A stretch of DNA of 64,000 nt, taken from an uncultured Solirubrobacterales bacterium. Its GTDB lineage: Bacteria; Actinomycetota; Thermoleophilia; Solirubrobacterales; JBBDJG01. The position numbers and the translations under genes are program-made. The stretch spans positions 129,997 to 193,996 of the forward strand of contig CAVYJN010000014.1 of assembly GCA_963768885.1 (NCBI GenBank), given 5' to 3'. The first letter of the stretch is position 1. The number at the start of each line of letters is the position of its first letter. Below are positions 62,018-64,000 of this stretch, piece by piece. Under the pieces are notes generated by a model. That model saw nothing but the letters and a program-made list of their open reading frames with translations, did not search any database and was not told the origin of the DNA.

Positions 62018-62673
62018 CTAGTTGAAGCTGGATGCAGAACCGGTTGTTGGTGCAGGGCGTCCTGGCCGCGTCGAACGATCGAGCACGCCGGCGTCCTGGT
62101 ATCCGGCCGGGCATACCGCCGTGATCGTGGTCCGAGCACGGATGGGCTGCCCGACGGCACCGTTCGGTGAGCCGACGAATCCGCTCGCGCGGACGACGAC
62201 CATGTTCTTCGGACGTGAATCCGAGCTTGAAGCAGTAGCGCCCCGGGTTGGTCCCGAGCACGGAGTCGATCACGTTGAACGAGTTGGCCGTGTCGAGGGA
62301 TCCGTCGTCGTTTACGCTCCGCATAGGCGACGACGGCGGCGCTGATGCGCCCGACTTGCGCGAACCCGGCCGAGTCGACGCCGTCGAGCGTGTCAGCGTT
62401 CGTGGCGCTGCCGGCGCTCGTCGCGCTGTCCGCCTTCGTCGCCGACGGGACCTTGCCGAGCTTCGACTCGTTCACCTGGGTACCGGTGACCGTGTTGTTG
62501 CGCAGCTTGTTTCCTGCGATCGACTTCTTCTTGATGTTCTTGCCGTTCAAGACCTTCGTCTTGGCGAACTCGACCGCGTTGTCCGCGACAGCCGTTCCGC
62601 TGAGTGCGGCGATCAATGCGATCACCGCAACGATCATCGCCGCCGACGGGCGGCGTGCGCGCATGCGCTGCAT
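62018..62673 (-). CDS. Hypothetical secreted protein (several frameshifts in the 3' half)
   Basis: AGGAGG RBS; RPSAAMIVAVIALIAALSGTAVA signal; NADTLDG; GRYC fragment in another frame. Confidence 0.65.
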
Positions 62674-62759
62674 CTTCGATACCTCCTGAGTAGAACCGAC
62701 GCCTCTGGTGCGTGCAGCGTTCCACACGGTCCGGTCGTTTCAAGACCGGCTGGACGGAC

Positions 62760-63755
62760 CTACGAGGAGGGCGCCGGCGCCTCCGCGGCAACCTTGCGGA
62801 TCACGCCCAGCACCTCGTCGGCGAGCCGGGGACCGTCCGCATCCGAGACGGGCGTCGCCTGGATCCGCACCACGACGGAGTCCGCGTACACCTCCTCCAG
62901 CGAGATGTCGGGCTCGTCGCGGGTGGGCACCTTGACCTCGGTCGATAGCAGCTGCTCCAGCTCGCTCGGGAGCACGCCGTCGCGCAGCCGCGCCCGCAGG
63001 TCGACGCCTGCCGGCGCGCGCAACGGCACGATCGTCGCGCTCAGCACCGCGTTGTTGGGCACCATCAGGGTCCCGTTGCCGCGCGCCAGGGTCGTGTAGA
63101 TCAGCCCCTGGCTCGCGACGGTGCCCTCGACGGTCGCGCCCAGCGTGCCGCCCTGCATCCGCACCCGCTCCCCCACGCGAAACGGGCGCGAGGTCTGCAG
63201 CATGATGCCCGCGATCACGTTCCCGAGCGTGCTCTGCGCGGCGAGGCCGATCACGACCGCGGTCACGGCGCCCCCGAGCGCGATCGCGCGCGGGTTCAGG
63301 TCGACGATGCGAAGCGCGACGACCACGATCACGAGCAGCGTCACGAGCTGCACGAGGAACCCGACCGTGGAGGCGGTGCCCGGGTCGAAGCGGCGCATCA
63401 GGCGCGGCCCCATCGCCCGGCCGATGTCGCGTGCGAAGCGCCATCCGACCGCGGCCAGGAGCAGGGCCGTGGCGATCCGGACCGGGACGTCGGTTCCGAA
63501 CAGCTCCTCCCGCCAGCGCCAGAGCACGAGCAGGACGGCGACCACGGGCAGGAGCAGCAGCGCCTCGCGGCGGGCCTTGCGCGCGCGCCGCGCGGCCTCC
63601 GCGGTCATGAGCCGCGACAGCGCGGACTGCTTGTAGTAGCTGATGTCGCGCGTGACGGTCGCGTCGTCGGGGCCGCCGCGCTGGGCGGCCACCTCGTCCT
63701 GCCGGCTCTCGCTGCCGTCGTGCACGCGCACACCGTAGCGGCTGGAATTGCCCAT
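62760..63755 (-). CDS. Small-conductance mechanosensitive channel (MscS family)
   Basis: GLAAQSTLGNVIAG, RPFRVGE, VPNN; start uncertain. Confidence 0.9.
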   Translation of the reverse strand: MGNSSRYGVRVHDGSESRQDEVAAQRGGPDDATVTRDISYYKQSALSRLMTAEAARRARKARREALLLLPVVAVLLVLWRWREELFGTDVPVRIATALLLAAVGWRFARDIGRAMGPRLMRRFDPGTASTVGFLVQLVTLLVIVVVALRIVDLNPRAIALGGAVTAVVIGLAAQSTLGNVIAGIMLQTSRPFRVGERVRMQGGTLGATVEGTVASQGLIYTTLARGNGTLMVPNNAVLSATIVPLRAPAGVDLRARLRDGVLPSELEQLLSTEVKVPTRDEPDISLEEVYADSVVVRIQATPVSDADGPRLADEVLGVIRKVAAEAPAPSS

Positions 63756-63767
63756 ACAGTGGGCTGC

Positions 63768-64000
63768 ATGGCGGCAGCGCAGGACGGCTACTTCGATCCC
63801 GACGGCGTCGCCCGCCGGATCGCCCGCGAGCTGGCCCTGATGCTCGGCGGCGGCCGCGCCCTGCTGCTCCAGCTCGCACATCCGCTCGTGGCCGCGGGCG
63901 TGGCGGAGCACTCCGGCGTGGGACCCGGGCCGCGCGGCGCTCGTCGCCGCCTCACGCGAATGGACGCGGCGGGTCGCGATGCCGCTGCTGCCGGCGCGCC
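63768..64000 (+). CDS. DUF2236 / MpaB-like oxygenase family protein, 5' part (truncated by the window)
   Basis: GGGRALLLQLAHPLVAAGVAEHS signature. Confidence 0.75.
   Translation, partial: MAAAQDGYFDPDGVARRIARELALMLGGGRALLLQLAHPLVAAGVAEHSGVGPGPRGARRRLTRMDAAGRDAAAAGA

Overview
High-GC actinobacterial DNA. Gene style and the exported proteins suggest Thermoleophilia/Solirubrobacterales (inference). About a dozen single-base frameshifts in otherwise intact genes suggest an unpolished long-read assembly. Most of the window is core chromosome: a dispersed propionyl-CoA to succinate route (methylmalonyl-CoA mutase, acyl-CoA carboxylase beta, epsilon-like and alpha subunits, sucCD), sulfate assimilation (cysH, sat, TauE), glucosylglycerate genes, DNA-repair genes (ogt, DUF1998 helicase, photolyase, fused PafBC), tRNA-Phe, rmlADBC, a molybdate ABC operon and groES-groEL with a CIRCE box. 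No integrase, transposase or CRISPR array was seen. The standout is an accessory locus at 12.36-16.95 kb. It holds a membrane-anchored XRE regulator, a Pro-rich exported/membrane protein ending in ...PPIEHPG-stop, and a 791-aa secreted Gln/Asn/Ser/Thr/Glu-rich protein with eight ~86-aa repeats, two CxxC motifs and a Lys/Cys tail. This is a candidate new functional amyloid or beta-sheet fibre system, and it is flanked by structured non-coding segments and a heptamer repeat cluster. Also notable are a selenoprotein split by the ORF track (WASW-U-GC plus a SECIS hairpin), a covarying REP-like hairpin behind both carboxylase subunit genes, and pervasive candidate leaderless genes.
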